From Fistulifera solaris (taxonomy: Eukaryota), in the NCBI GenBank assembly GCA_030295235.1, contig AP026154.1:434001-498000 (forward strand): a stretch of DNA of 64,000 nt. The letters are read 5' to 3'. Every line of letters begins with the position of its first letter. The first letter of the stretch is position 1. The notes under the pieces are model-generated. The model did not search any database. It was not told the DNA's origin and was given only the letters and a program-made list of their open reading frames with translations. Below, in pieces: positions 38,701-50,652 of this stretch. Made by a program: the position numbers and the translations under genes.

Positions 38701-39841
38701 TTTCGGTCGGATTAAAGTGAGCATAGGGGTCTTGCATCGCCGACATGACGACTTGGGATTCTTCTGCTTGCAGAAAGGCTTCCGCCTGGTCGTTTTGATT
38801 TTGCGCCACATACCATCGCGTCTCACTGACAATGCGGCTGGCGTCAGAACTCGGTATAAAGGCCTGGTAATGACAATCGCGCACACTCGACCAAAATTTG
38901 ATGCGAAACGCTCCTTTGGCTTCTTCGATCGGCGACAGCGTGACCGAGACCGCCTCGGGAATGGGAATTCGATACAGGACGTGCGGATGTAGTAACTGCA
39001 ACAATCCCATAGTGTCTTCGATGATCACTTGGATAACCGTCAGACAACTGGTGGACGGAGTCTTCTCCGCCAATGCCATTGCCACAGTTCCATCTTTCCA
39101 GGGAGTTAGTGGCGTGATAGCAAGTAGCCGCGACGCGATATTGTAGTGACACACGAGTTGTTTTGTACAGACATCGATCCAAAACACGGCACTTTCGATA
39201 TCGTTCGTGGCTCCACACACCAGGAACGTGCGATCTCCGACCACGTGATGATGCAATCCTACTTCCGGATCGACATACCATTCCGATGGTAGCTCGATGG
39301 CATATTCTTCGTCCGCCCAAACACCATCGCTCCAGTCTCTCGTATACAATAGGCCTTCCCGGAGTCCGACAAAACGGAGTTTCGAGTCCCCACCACCAAA
39401 GGCCGTGACATCACTCAAGTGCGGCAATGCCAGTGTTTGTATGTGCAGTCGTTCTTCGGTCGACAACAACAATAAGGCCTCAAAATGGGAAATGAGCATC
39501 AATTGGGACGGAAATTCGAGCAACAATTGTTGTGGTGATATCCATGCGAACGATGTCAAGTCTTCGATCGGTTGCGAAATCAAGACAACGCCTTCTCGGA
39601 TGACGGAAACGGATCGTTCGGTCGCGGCGACGACCCAAGCATCTTGACTGGTAATACTGTGTACGGTTTCCTGTAACCGAATCGACCACGTCAACGTCAA
39701 CGGAGGGGCGATGCCGTATACAGTGGATCCGTGTGCGATCGCCTTTCGACACAAGCCTCTTCGATCCAAGAACGTTTGCTCCGTTTCTTTGTCGGGAGAT
39801 GATATCGTGTACAATTGTGTTGTCTCTTCGATTATTGACAT
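32757..39841 (-). CDS. KNTC1: Kinetochore RZZ subunit ROD/KNTC1-like (~2300 aa)
   Basis: Five consecutive - ORFs joined by frameshifts. Beta-rich N-terminus then helical solenoid. C-terminal TFAMRHRAL...EEMGLP...RTLWRHH resembles ROD C-terminal motifs as I recall them. In-frame intron 37991-38056. Confidence 0.7.
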
Positions 39842-40528
39842 GCTCTGATTGTTTTTTGTATTTGCAGCAATGAGATGTGCCAACCAGAAGGATGATGATG
39901 ATGAATGATGATGTTGGTTGTGAGAGAGAGACTGTATGAGACGTTCCGGCACTCGAAGCAATGCCGATTTGAATTTTTGAAACGGCTTTCCAGCGGCTAC
40001 GGTTTGTCGCACTCGCACTCTCCATATTCGATTTCAAAGTCCTACACTCCAGTCAAACTCAATTTTCCGCGGGATTCATTCATCCTCTATACCTGAAGAT
40101 GAATGTAAAAATTTACTTAGACGACAACGGTAATTAGGAAAGGAGCGGTACGATCCAATATCCACTGACTGGAATCTCGTAGCGTACGGACGTTTACTTG
40201 AACGGATGGTTGGCCAGAATCGTTTTGTATATTTGTAAAGAAAAAGATCGCATCAGCGACGGTTCTGTGGTGCCAAAGTCCCTGAGCGGAACCGGTGCTC
40301 ATTCTGGACCGCATTTCGAGAGCACGCCGGCTCTTTCTGTATGGCACTCTGTGTGCAGTTTGAAACTCAAAACCGATCCAAGCGGACTCGTTTTTCCTTT
40401 CGACGTAAAACCCTCCGCAAGTCGTTCGGACTCCTACAAGTACGACGAGATTGTCGTAACACGTTGAGACGATGAACATGGGAATGTCGCAATCATTATT
40501 ACTATTTTGAATTTAGAAACAAATTACC
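39842..40528. promoter_or_regulatory. Divergent promoter between ROD-like and LIN54-like genes with CHR-like TTTGAA motifs
   Basis: TTTGAA at 39968, 39976, 40359 and 40506; TTCAAA at 40033; AACGG at 39981, 40126 and 40201. Confidence 0.45.
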
Positions 40529-42035
40529 ATGAGCCGTGAATTATCGAATGCACCTAATCATATTCCTCCTCCTCCTCCTCCTTCTTCTTATCAACATCCT
40601 CATCATCTCCCCGGGCCGCCGCCGCCTCCCGCCGCCCGGGGCCATGTATTATCCTTACGGATACGGTCACGCACCTCCTCCTTTACCACCACCGGCGCCT
40701 TCTCCAGCGAGAGAAGACGATCGCATGCAACCTCCCTATGCTTCACCTCCAAGACATTCGTATCCTTCTCCGCCGCGACATTCCTATCCAGTAACAACGA
40801 CTCATCATCATCATCATCATCCTCCTCCTCCGCCTCCGCCAGCGGAATCAAATCAAAAAGACTCTCCTCCCAATCATCATCGACACAAGGAACCATCAGC
40901 ATCTTCCGTTTATCCACCATCGGAACATTATCCACCGACCGAAGGATATCCACCGCCACCACATCTGCCGTACGGTGAAGCCTGGCGTTCCATGTACAGC
41001 GCGTATCCTCCGCGAGACACATCCTACTGGGCGCCCTTTCACCCTCCGTACTGGCGAGGAGGAGAATCTCATCGACCACCACCACCATTAGCACCCTTGA
41101 AAGAAGTTCCCAAAAAAGAAGGCGCGACCTCTCCAACCCAAATTGAAACGACGCATCGGGATGAAGTACAAAATATGGGTTGTACTTGCAAAAAGACCCG
41201 TTGTCTCAAACTGTATTGTCAGTGCTTCCAAGCCGAATTGTACTGTGGTACCAACTGTCGTTGTTTGAGTTGCTACAATGTCGTAGCGGAAGAAGCGAAA
41301 CGCAAGGAAGCCATTCAAAGCATCTTGTTGCGGAATCCGTCGGCCTTTGATTCGAAATTCAAAAGGACGGGGTGACCGAGCGATCGGCGCACGAATTGGC
41401 CCGGGAATTGGCACACAAATTGGGATGCAAGTGTCGCAAATCGTCTTGCATGAAAAAGGTCAGTAGTAGAGATTTTTTTGTGTGAACGTACTACTTTTCC
41501 TTCATCCATTCATTCATTCATTCATTCATTCATTCATTCATTCATTCATTCATTCATTCATTCATTCATTCATGGACTCACCGCCTGTCGAAAGTATTGT
41601 GAATGTTACGCAGGGAATGTCAGGTGCAGTTCGAATTGTCGTTGCATAAATTGTAAAAATAAGGGCCCTGGTGGCGGCACCGGCAAAGGACCTTCTCCCT
41701 TAAACGCCGTCGCTGTACCCGCTGCCGCTGTATCCGCCGCCCCCAAATTTTCCAGTGCTCCCATTGAGGCACGATCGGGAGAACAATATTTTACGGCAGC
41801 CCAAAACTTGACATTCTTGAAACGTGGTTCGCCTCCCGAGAAGAAGAAAGTGCCCGTAGAGGATGTTGCCTCCATGCCGTCTTTGGCTTCGTCTTCGGAA
41901 GGCACCAGTCCCGGAGAGGAACGTTTGGTAAAACGTCCCAAACTGCCCGACGAAGATGGGGGAGCCTTGCTCTTGGCGGCAGTTGCCATGACGGAATTTG
42001 GTCAATCATCGTCGCCGCAGACGAAAAGAACCTAA
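40529..42035 (+). CDS. Tesmin/TSO1/LIN54-like CRC (double CXC) DNA-binding protein
   Basis: GCTCKKTRCLKLYCQCF...C.C..C.N, RNPSAFDSK hinge, HKLGCKCRKSSCMKKYCECY. Intron ~41459-41593. Frameshifts at ~40625 and ~41370. Confidence 0.92.
41507..41573. repeat. (CATT)n tetranucleotide microsatellite inside the CXC gene intron
   Basis: About 16 perfect CATT units read directly. Confidence 0.95.
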
Positions 42036-42310
42036 TGAAAGATATACTACAGAATTTTTCGATTGTTGATCGGTTTTTCTTGGTTAGCTTAGAGAGCCGA
42101 AGGTGGTACCTATCTAATAAACGGTGCGACTTGGGGATTTTCGTAGTGAATACCGATATTGTACTTTCTTCGGTAGAGTGATTTTGTTGACACCGGCGCT
42201 CGACTGACGTGGGGACTTTTTTGAGAATTCAAGAAAGCCATGTCGAGATCCACCATGCTGCAACGTTGTAAGCGATCAATTCGTCTTCATAGCAAAAATT
42301 AAAAACAACG

Positions 42311-42933
42311 ATGAAGGTTGCGGTGCTAATTGTTTCTCTTCTTTCGCTTTGCGGAACGGAGAGTTATTCTCCGAGTGAGTTTATTTTAAATTCAGTGTGC
42401 TAGATGTACAATCGGCTCTCGCTTTTTTCTCATACAATCTTCTAAAAAAACAGATGCCAACAAGGCCAACCGGCCGGTAGTAGTAGAGATGCAAAAGCGG
42501 CCGCCGGTGCCTTTGCCGCTTTTACTATTGCGAGTTCGGTTCTCACGATGCCTCCCGCCGCCAACGCAGTGCCGGCGTTCCCCACGCAAGTATTGGCGGA
42601 AAAGGTCATCCGTGAAGGTGTTTACGGAGAATACGAGATTGATCTTCCCGAACAGAAATATGATGATGCTCGATCGACCTTCAAGTCCGCGAAAGAGACC
42701 AAAACCAAGAAAGGTACGTGGATGCGGAAGCAGCTGAATACGAAATATAATGACGGCTCTCACCGCTTGTAATAGGCAAATACACGGCTTTGCTCGCCAT
42801 CCTTATTGTGGGAAGTTTCATCATTCCAATGGCTCAATACTGGTGGTACGTGAAGGATGATGATAGTTCGGACAAATTCTTTGCACAGAATGTGCCAGAC
42901 CCGGAACCTCCCAAGAAGAAGGGTTGGTTTTAA
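42311..42933 (+). CDS. Small plastid (probably thylakoid) single-pass membrane protein
   Basis: Signal peptide MKVAVLIVSLLSLCGTES-Y, two introns, Ala-rich leader, TM KYTALLAILIVGSFIIPMAQYWWYV. Confidence 0.65.
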
Positions 42934-43086
42934 AAAGCTTCATTTGACAATTTCCTGGGGTTCTTGGAAGCGTACTGGAGTTGCAATGAATGGACGGAGA
43001 TTTGACATCTGATAAAAGAAACGTAAAAAATGATTTTTATGTATCTTATTACTGTTTCCAATGTCTCTTTTCAGTTTGCAGTTTTC

Positions 43087-43308
43087 TCATGGCTGCGGAC
43101 ATGACGAGTCGCCATTCATTATGGCGGTGCCCATCCGCCGTGGCCACGTGACAACACTTTCTAGAAATTCGTTCGCATCCGCCACGAAATGAAAGACCGC
43201 TTCAAAAGGTTGCAAAATGACCCAAAAGGCCGCCGCGAAAAAAGCGACCGGCCACACAAGAAACACCAAAATGATGATCCAAAGGACCGAAAAGCAGGGA
43301 TTGCCCAT
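43087..43308 (-). CDS. 73-aa hydrophobic membrane microprotein, paralog A
   Basis: MGNPCFSVLW...WP..F...WVILQPFEA...VVTWPRR..SSCPQP. Same length as, and colinear with, paralog B. Confidence 0.8.
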   Translation of the reverse strand: MGNPCFSVLWIIILVFLVWPVAFFAAAFWVILQPFEAVFHFVADANEFLESVVTWPRRMGTAIMNGDSSCPQP

Positions 43309-43607
43309 AATGAACGTTTTATCAACTATGCGAAAGAGCTGACGAATAAAAGCAAGCAATAAATGGTCGACAAACGCAATTCGAAAGAGAAGGGGATGAA
43401 TGGAAACGGATCGAAATGATACTAGAGTTGTCAGGTGGAGGTTCACGAAAATGGTGTACTTTAGAAGCTTCTCTTGAATGAGAACTCTTATAGACTACCT
43501 GGTAAAATGGAGGCTTCCGATTTCGGCTGATACCACTATAAATAGTTCATGAATGATTAGTTCTGACCTTCATTTTTTTTATTTTTCAAAAAAGAAAGGT
43601 GCTTGTT

Positions 43608-43829
43608 CTAGGGCTGAGGACAGGATGAATCGCAGTTCACAATGGCTCTTCCCAACTTTCGCGGCCAGGTCACAAATCCTTCGAGACATTGATTGGCGCC
43701 TTTCACAAATCCAAATAAAGCTTCAAAGGGCTGCAGGAACACCCAAAGCACGGACAGAAAAAAGGCCAAAGGCCAAGCCAGGAACCATAACAGGATCATC
43801 CATAGTAAAGAGAAACAAGGATTGGCCAT
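43608..43829 (-). CDS. 73-aa hydrophobic membrane microprotein, paralog B
   Basis: MANPCFSLLW...WP..F...WVFLQPFEA...FVTWPRK..SSCPQP. Confidence 0.8.
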   Translation of the reverse strand: MANPCFSLLWMILLWFLAWPLAFFLSVLWVFLQPFEALFGFVKGANQCLEGFVTWPRKLGRAIVNCDSSCPQP

Positions 43830-44342
43830 GATCGACGTCTCGGACTGCAAGGGTTTGCTTTTGATGATTAAGTAGGGTCGGAATACTTTTTATGAAAAGA
43901 AAGAGAGAAATTGTGAAAACGGGATAATACTCCGTTCATCATCATCTTGTTCATCGAGGTCGATGGTCGATCGATCGAATGACAAATAACAGGGTATGGA
44001 TCTTGTGAGAAGAAGCAAGTGAGTGAATTGCGAGCGGTACTAAAACTATTTTCAAGTACAAATCAGATAGTTGCCGTAATACCGCTACGAGCACAAATCC
44101 CGGGTCTGTCTGTATCCGTCGCGGTCTGATCGTCGCTCGCGCAACCTCATTATTTCTTTTGCACCGCCATTTTGCCATCCTTGACAACAAAGAATAAGGC
44201 GGGGGACTAAGTATAGTCCTTGGCATCCTATTACTCCTCCGTATTGTCTTGTAACCTAGTAGATTGGTTCACTCACAACAACAATAATACGCACACGCAC
44301 GCACACACACAAACACACACACACACAATTCTTCATCAAAAC

Positions 44343-44711
44343 ATGAGAGGACGCCGACTGCTGCAACAATTTCGCATGTGGATGCCAACGATGCCGTTGA
44401 CGCTCGTTTCCGCCAAAAATGCCACGCCCACACATCCCGCTCGGGCCGTCTTTCGAACTTTGCCGCGCATGACGAAGCACGAAATTAAAGAATATTTGAC
44501 CAAAATTTATCAATTGCCGGTAAAGCAAGTTAATACGATGAATTATCAAGGGAAACGGAAGCGATTGTTGACACAAAGCAAGCCGGTATATTTCAAATAC
44601 AAGGATTTCAAAAAGGCGGTAGTGACTTTCGATGATTCCTTACGAGATGTTGGTCTCGGTATGCGAATTGTAGAGCTTGAAGAAGGTGAATTGGCGGATG
44701 GTGGAAAGTAA
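44343..44711 (+). CDS. MRPL23: Mitochondrial ribosomal protein uL23m
   Basis: MTKHEIKEYLTKIYQLPVKQVNTMNYQGKRKR and DFKKAVV. Confidence 0.88.
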   Translation: MRGRRLLQQFRMWMPTMPLTLVSAKNATPTHPARAVFRTLPRMTKHEIKEYLTKIYQLPVKQVNTMNYQGKRKRLLTQSKPVYFKYKDFKKAVVTFDDSLRDVGLGMRIVELEEGELADGGK

Positions 44712-44812
44712 AAAACATGGAGTGAATGTTGGAAGAATTAAGAGACGTGACTGCTTGATTATGCTACTCAATGTTGACTAAAGTGCAACTTATCGTAACT
44801 TATTTTTTAGTT

Positions 44813-47800
44813 CTATGATTCTTCAAAGTTTTGCAATACTTCACCAATCAGGTAAAGATCATCACGAGCTGTAGCGTGTACTTTTTCGAACCAAATAATG
44901 ACTTGGTCGCTCCAGATACGAAGGATTTGCCAAGCCAACGAACTGCCCAGTAGCAGGCGCGTGGTGATGGCGCGGATCAACGGAGACATATCCCACAGTG
45001 AGGACGACACATACACAAAACTCATGGGAATCGCCAGGATCCAGGAGAGTCCCATGAACATTGGAATCGCCACATAATGCAGTAAAACAGTCTTGTCGAC
45101 CTTGTCGAATTCCCAATTCACCATCACTGCACGAAGAATTTCTAAAAATTGGGCCATGCGTCCATATTCCCCTTGCCACGTGAGTCGTAGTCGACCTCCC
45201 ACCGTTTGCCATGCGGCGGCCCGGGCATCGGCAGGATTCTCTTCTTCGACGCGGCCTTCCACGACAAAAATGTGGAAGCGCCGTGTCAATACCCTCGTAA
45301 ACACAAGAACGACCACACATACAACAACAGACCCCCGGTGGCCCAACTCGCCCCAAGTGACTCCCATTGAATCATTCGTCCATGACCCGCAAACCAGTCC
45401 ACTGATTTGAGAAAGGCTAGATCGTAGGCAACACCCAGAAGTAATGGTGATAATCCAAAGAACAGGAGCAAAGTTTCGAGCAGTATCAGAGATTTACGCC
45501 ATGGTGGAAAATGAAATCCTCGGGCCCAAGTCGTCAGTCGTTCCCATACCGTGTGTTCACTCCTTGCAACGGAACGTGCCACAATGGCGGTGGGTGGAAA
45601 TGTCATGAGAAAACCGATCAAAAAAGCAGCGGGGTCGTGAACCCATTGATCTGGAACACGGAGAATATGGTAGACAAACCTCCCGGCAAAGAGTGGACCC
45701 AAGAATATAGTACTGAGCAAAAACGTTGTGGCAATCCAAGAAGACAATAGCAGTGTCACAATTTTACCCGTCATGGTGATTTGGGACGAAAACGTATCGT
45801 TCTTTTGAAAGAAAGACTGCCGACAAGCCACGCTCCGCTCAATGTCCGACTTTCTCTCCGAGCGGTAGGCCCATCGTCCTTGGACATCGGGTGGATCCGC
45901 GCCCAAATCATCCCAGCCCTCCGGCGGGCGGGGTATTGGTAACCCTATTCTTTCGATCCATAAACTAATAAAAAACTCATTTTGGTTGCCAGGTTCGCGT
46001 TCCAGTCGGTATTTGCCAATTTTCGTCGGCAAAGAATAGATCTACTTCTCATGGATTTGCCTGGAAGTAGCACGGGTAAACGGATAAAATCTGAGCCAGT
46101 AGGCAGCACACGCTGGCCGTCGGCCTTAGCTTTAGGTGCTCGCACTTTGCTCCCTGGATTCAACACTTTAAACTTTGACAGTTCTGCATCAATCAGCTCC
46201 TCTGCTTTTGTATCCGTCTTGGCAAGGTCATACCAAAACGACACGAGAGTCTTTTCACTTTCAAACACTTCCCGGCTTCCTAAATATTCGAATCGATCAA
46301 CGCGCAGAGGTAATACTCTATCTCGAATCCCCATGATCCCCGTTATGAGTTTCAGCCAATGATGCTGCATTTCACCCAAGCCATTCTTGTACCGTTCCAA
46401 AAGACCAAGCATCGACAGATGGAAGAAAATCAATTCAAACGGCACTTGAATTTTGGGAGAGATCAAATAGTACAACTTGAGACGGAATGAAGGAACAATT
46501 GATTGAAGGAAAGGTAACTTCAGCATTTGCGTCGGAATATAAATGTGCATGGTCCATAGAGCAGCGTAAATGACTAACGAAACTAACATGCGTTTGGCGT
46601 GTGTAGCGGTAGTTTCATGTAAAAGGTTTCCCAACAAGTCGGGCTGAGGCTCTTGCGGACGAATCACTTGAGATAAAAGATCCGGGTGTACAACTTCGCG
46701 AAGCTGCAACACGGATACCGTTACCAATAGCATAAAAGTGATCCCCATAACCCAGTGAAGTAAGACAAAGGAAAACAGATCACAACCAGCGTATGCAATA
46801 CGCTCTTCCCAAGTGCATCCCAATACACTGGAGACAGAGGCATCCAAACACAGCCCCAGCAGCATGGGCAATAAAAACATTTTTGCAAAAAGCAACACTC
46901 CCACTTTGACCACAGCCATCATTCCGTCGAGCGCCACGGCAATCGCCACATTTAAGGCGACACCCGGTTCGTCACCCAAATGTCCCTCCACAGCCGCCAT
47001 GCGTTCCTCCCACGTTTCACGAGTATCTTCGGCTATAAGGCCACCGGATGTCGTCATGGCTCCCAATACGTTCTGCGCCGCCACCCATAGGGCTCGGACC
47101 GACCACGCCGCCGCGGCACACGCGAAATAGCCCATAATAATGGCAACGAAATCCTTCAAACGAAATACCGTTTCCTGCCGTTGACTCTGAGCATCAATCT
47201 CACTTAATATTGACCAGAATCCATCGACCTCCGACAGCGTTTCGTTACCGCGAGGAAACAGACCGGCTGCTACCGCCATTCCCACGGTGCGGGGAATGTA
47301 ACAAAAGAATCCAAGGTACACTGCATTGAATGCCAACAGCCACAAAACATTCCGTACCACTGTCAGTATGGGACCCCGAACTCCGAGTAATTCATCTAAA
47401 GCAATGTTAATGTCGACATCCATGTTTTCATCGCCATCCAAATCAAAGGGGCGATTGTTGTTGTTAATATTCTCGGGCGGTGGGTTGTGAATGACTTCAT
47501 CTTCTCGAACGAATTCGGGCATATTCAATTCATCTTCTTCCTCTTCACTGTGATTGGGAACCTCATCGAGACTATCGTACGAATCATCATCGTCATCGTC
47601 TTCCGAGTCGTCGTCGTCGTCGTCGTCATGATTCACGGGGCGCATCGCCGCCTGTCGCAATCTTCGGGGTGGTCGTGCCAATATTTCTTGTTGTACCATT
47701 TCCCATACACCATTGTCAATGTTTTCTTCGGCGGGTGGCACTCGTTCGGGTGCCGGCACTGGAAGGGCGGCCGCGGCAACCACGGTGCGATCCCCCGTTG

Positions 47801-48513
47801 TTGCCATTCGATGCGTAAAAAGTCGACAAAACTCATGATCGACAAGAAGCTGATGATAATGGAAGCTGCCACCACTAAGCCACTGGCCCAATCTTCGATG
47901 CGAGCGGAACGAACCCACAATTCACTAGGACGATAATGCATCCAACCATGGTATTGGTAGGCCGTCAACCACGGTGTTACTCCTAACCACAAGACAATCG
48001 CAAAGGAAACTCGACTCAATTGAGGCAACCACCGTATGATCAAACGTCGGACGACTCCGTAGACAACTTGCGTCGGAAACAATCGGGACGGCGCCGAAGC
48101 AGCATACAGAGGCGTGAATCGAAAGGGAGTGTGACACAATTCACAAGTCCCATTATTGCCGCGTTGCACTTGCAGCCAGGATTGCAAACAATCTTGATGC
48201 GTCAAACCAATACTGCCGGAGCAACGACATGGTTTGTACAGTGGGTGACTGGAATAATGATAATGGTGAAGACGAAGAAGAGTGGGATTAGAGAAAAGAA
48301 AATAGTTTCAAGCAATAAAGGGAGGGAAACACAAAACGACAGGCAAAACAAAAGCAATCGAGAATCAGATCCCCCCAGTCCTGCACAATTCAAATAAGCG
48401 AGTCACAATAAAGCTTACCCGTCTTCAGCTGGACCACGGCAAACCCGACATTCGTCTTCATCATCGTCTTCGTGAAGCGGATGGATGTATTGCTGCGCCG
48501 CATGATCTTCCAT
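44813..48513 (-). CDS. MARCH6: RING-CH E3 ubiquitin ligase MARCH6/DOA10 (ERAD)
   Basis: CRVCR...PCRCSGSIGLTHQDCLQSWL...CELCH RING-CH; many TMs; LDELLGVRGP, LLHWVMG, LREVVHP; C-terminal ARDDLYLIGEVLQN. Intron ~48248-48418. Several frameshifts. Confidence 0.92.
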
Positions 48514-49049
48514 TTTGCTGCGTTTGATATTGTTGTTGACTGCAATTGAACACTATCCCCGTTAAATCTCTCTCGTAAAGCGATTCGCTTTAGAATTGTA
48601 GAAATAATTAAAGAGCAAGGGAAAGAGCAAGAATGAACTAGTTGCAACAATAATACTATAGCGCTGTACTGGTATTATAAAAAGAAAACGGAGGAAATAA
48701 ATCGCACCGCAACGCTTAACTATACAAAGTACCAGTGCATGCAGTACGAGGTGCACCTGGTATCGTCCATCGTCTGCTAAAGAGCGAGAGTTTTTACTAC
48801 GTAAAAAGTGTTGTCGGAAAGGATTGTATAGTAATTGATACCGTTACGATACTTAATTCAAGGACAGATGGGCAGACCGTCACGCCGCCCAACAAAGGTT
48901 TTCTCGTCCGCCAACCGCAAAAAAAAGAAACGGAAGGAAAAGCTATCACTTCTTTCCAACATTTATTTTCAAAGGAGCAAACCAGAATATAATATTGTAA
49001 CAAGCAAATACAACCTGGTATCTGTCTACTAACACCAGTAACAACAAGA

Positions 49050-49446
49050 ATGAGCGTCAATGAAGTCAAATTAAAGAAAGCAACCACGCCCTTGACCATT
49101 CTCGGCAATGGCCCCGCGACATCTCGGACTTTTTGTATCGGCGATGAAGATCACACGTTGGGGAATGCTTTACGGCATATTTTGATCCGTCAACAGGATG
49201 TCGACTTTGCGGGATATTCCGTCCCGCATCCGTCCGAACCGTTTGTGCACATTCGTGTACAAACTTCGTCAGAAAACAGCGGCCGCGGCTTTGCATCAAT
49301 CCTGTCATACCTTGTCGCAACAATGTCAACTCGTGTTGGAGCAATTGGAGCGGTTGGTGCCGGCCACAAAAGAAGATCGGATCCGGATTGAGCAGGCGTT
49401 ACTGGAAGATGCGGAAGAAGAGGATGAGGATGAGATGGAAGAATAA
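49050..49446 (+). CDS. POLR1D: RNA polymerase I/III subunit AC2 (RPC19)
   Basis: EDHTLGNALRH and FAGYSVPHPSE motifs. Frameshift at ~49275. Confidence 0.88.
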
Positions 49447-49689
49447 AGAATGAATGAAAGCGAATTCATGAAACGGGTAGGACAAGCTATAAACAGGCTG
49501 CGTTTGTGTTCCGGTGAAACGATCATCGGCTTCCGTTCAAAAATTATCGAAAATTAGGCGGTAGGTTAGGTTGCAGTCGAAGCAAAGGAGTACTAAGAAG
49601 GACATTTTTTATATGTGTTATGCTGGCTAGCCTGTGAATCAACTGGTAATCTATTATATACGGACATTGAATGAATATCTTTATCTGGC

Positions 49690-50139
49690 TCAGTAACCAT
49701 CATTGCTAATTGTCACATCATAATCTCGATACCGTTCGTCTTCCAAGACGATTTCTCGACTTATGGCGTGATTGGCCAAGCCAAAGCCGTAACTGAACCC
49801 GTAAATTTTCATTTTTGGTGGTTGGCAATCGATCCGACCACCTCCCGTGACTTCTAAATCGGTATAACCCGCTTGTGATAATTGTTCCAGGACCGGTTCC
49901 GCAGCATCGCGGTGATAATGGGCACCCCGTTTACTGGCGACGAAATACTGTTCGTCGCCGCTTGGCGATTGCGCACGAATTAACACGTATTTGTGACAAC
50001 CCGTATCAATTTGAACAGATGGTACTCTGGTAAAGGGAGTTGTTTTATTATTGGTAGTGTTGCGGTACCGACCTTGCAAAGCGGCTGCTTTCTGTTGATC
50101 TTCTTCGTTTGTCGTGTACTGTGCCTCGGAAGACGACAT
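49690..50139 (-). CDS. PHPT1: 14-kDa phosphohistidine phosphatase (Janus/Ocnus family)
   Basis: KYVLI, YH, GGGRI, IYGFSYGFGLANH and terminal NDGY. Confidence 0.9.
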   Translation of the reverse strand: MSSSEAQYTTNEEDQQKAAALQGRYRNTTNNKTTPFTRVPSVQIDTGCHKYVLIRAQSPSGDEQYFVASKRGAHYHRDAAEPVLEQLSQAGYTDLEVTGGGRIDCQPPKMKIYGFSYGFGLANHAISREIVLEDERYRDYDVTISNDGY

Positions 50140-50320
50140 GATGGAAAGATCCTTAACCAGCAAGGAACTTGATTTTTATGATAAAGCCGCTATGACTTGT
50201 AGTGATGTATTGGGTCGATTACGGCGAGAAACAGGAAAATAAAGCATCAATAATTAACAAAAACGCAACAATAAGTTCAGGTTAATATTATCATCGTCAT
50301 TCGTCATCGGCTGTCGGCTG

Positions 50321-50652
50321 TAGATCTCTGTCCGTTCCCAGTTCACTCCAACAGGGAGGGAGTGAACAGGGATTTTGATCGAACAAGGAGTGAACTGGGA
50401 GCATTCCCTGTTCGCATTAATGAGTCCCGTTTACGAAATATGGTAGTCAGTCCCTAATCCTTAACGCTTTAGATTAGAGATTTTCTGTTGATTTACCGCG
50501 CAAACAAAGGAATAAAGGTCTCTGATTGCCGGTCAGACGTCCACCCACTCATTCCCTGTTAAACAGGGAATTGGGAAAATGAACGAGGAAGGGAATTGAA
50601 CTGGGATCCCAGTTGGGAATTCCCTGTTAAACGGAGAACGGACAGAGGTCTA
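50321..50652. mobile_element. Non-autonomous hAT-type MITE (332 bp)
   Basis: 17-bp TIRs TAGATCTCTGTCCGTTC / GAACGGACAGAGGTCTA (1 mismatch). Perfect 8-bp TSD GTCGGCTG at 50313-50320 and 50653-50660. Subterminal AACAGGGA/TCCCTGTT and GAACTGGGA repeats. Confidence 0.88.

Noticed and set aside
50321..50652. CRISPR-like or structured ncRNA reading of the AACAGGGA repeats
   Set aside because: Repeats are short, irregular and in both orientations, and are bounded by TIRs and a TSD, which fits a MITE.
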